DNA of 64,000 bases from Octopus vulgaris (Eukaryota), in assembly GCA_951406725.2 (NCBI GenBank), contig OX597838.1:34472001-34536000 (forward strand), given 5' to 3'. How positions within the stretch are numbered: position 1 is the stretch's first letter; every line of letters starts with the position of its first letter. This document shows positions 63,200 to 64,000 of the stretch, piece by piece. The position numbers and the translations under genes were made by a program. Below the pieces are notes generated by a model. The model did no database searches. It had not been told where the DNA came from and was given only the letters and a program-made list of their open reading frames with translations.

Positions 63200-64000
63200 G
63201 TAGCCTTTCCTACGACAGAAAGCAATGATATTCCCCTATAGTTACCATAATCATTCCTGTTGCCCTTTCCTTTTCCCATTACTGTATCACTCCAGTCCTC
63301 AGGTACAGATTCACTGGCCCTTATCCTGCCAAACAAGGAGTGAAGTTGCTACAGAAGTTTCTCACCACCATGTTGTAACAACTCTGCATGTATGCCATCC
63401 ATGATCGGAGACTTCCCATTATTCATTCTTGAGACAGCCACCACAACTTCTTCCAACTTTGGTGGTTCTGCAAGAGCCGCCTTCACAGGTAATCCAGGGA
63501 TGAGATTGAAAACATCCTCACTAACTACAGACTGTTGACTCAAATGTTCATCAAAGTGTTCTTGCCACCTTCACAGAATTCCTTGTGAATCACGAAGAAG
63601 TTCTTTACCATCCCTGCTTCAAAGTGGTGTCACCAGAGAAGAAGTCGGTCCATAAACTTCTCACAAGAGACCATACAACAGCTTTGTGTTAATGGAATCT
63701 GACACCGCCTGTATCTCATCATCCTTCTTACTCCACCACGTATCCCTCGTCTGAGAGAGCCTCCATCTCACACATGATTTCACATCCTTGAGTTCCCTAT
63801 GCAACACTTCTCTCTCCTGTGGCTTTGCTGACAAATAAATCATCTATATGTTCATCATTTTCTTTGAACCAGTTTTGATGCTTTCTTTGTATCAATTCCA
63901 GAACTTTCTTGCCTATATCATAAACTGACTTTTTAAGAGTCGGCCAATCCTGTATCCACAACATTCATTTCTTCTAATTGCACCTAAGACAATCAACATT
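63200..64000 (-). mobile_element. RTE-clade LINE fragment, degenerate
   Basis: NGKSPIMDGIHAELLQHGG; PEDW...KGKGNRNDYGNYRGISLLSVVGK; frameshifts. Confidence 0.85.

Overview
Repeat-rich animal genomic DNA, most likely a cephalopod (Octopus-type SINE landscape; organism inferred, not searched). Three spliced protein-coding genes could be rebuilt by hand with consistent intron phases. (1) The 3' five exons of an ERICH6/FAM194-domain gene (+, 2216-9887), including a U12-type minor intron. (2) A complete 5-exon, 246-aa Smac/DIABLO-like gene (-, 35953-15109) that lacks a canonical AVPI motif. (3) A complete 5-exon, 481-aa prenylcysteine oxidase 1-like gene (+, 36284-50647), head-to-head with DIABLO across 330 bp. 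The rest is tRNA-derived SINEs, LINE fragments (CR1/L2-like, RTE, CRE-like), mariner/Tc1/hAT/piggyBac-like and GG-ended MITEs, helitrons, minisatellites and foldbacks. The most unusual items are: a TSD-bounded element joining a tRNA-like Pol III head to two inverted minimal hammerhead-ribozyme arms, plus several other degenerate hammerheads in (TA)n tracts; an intact tRNA-Trp enclosed with a SINE inside one 18-bp TSD; a tailless 5.8S rRNA retrocopy; a CpG-rich structured RNA candidate in a DIABLO intron; and three unrelated MITEs carrying TTAGGG repeats. Family assignments come from remembered motifs, not database searches.
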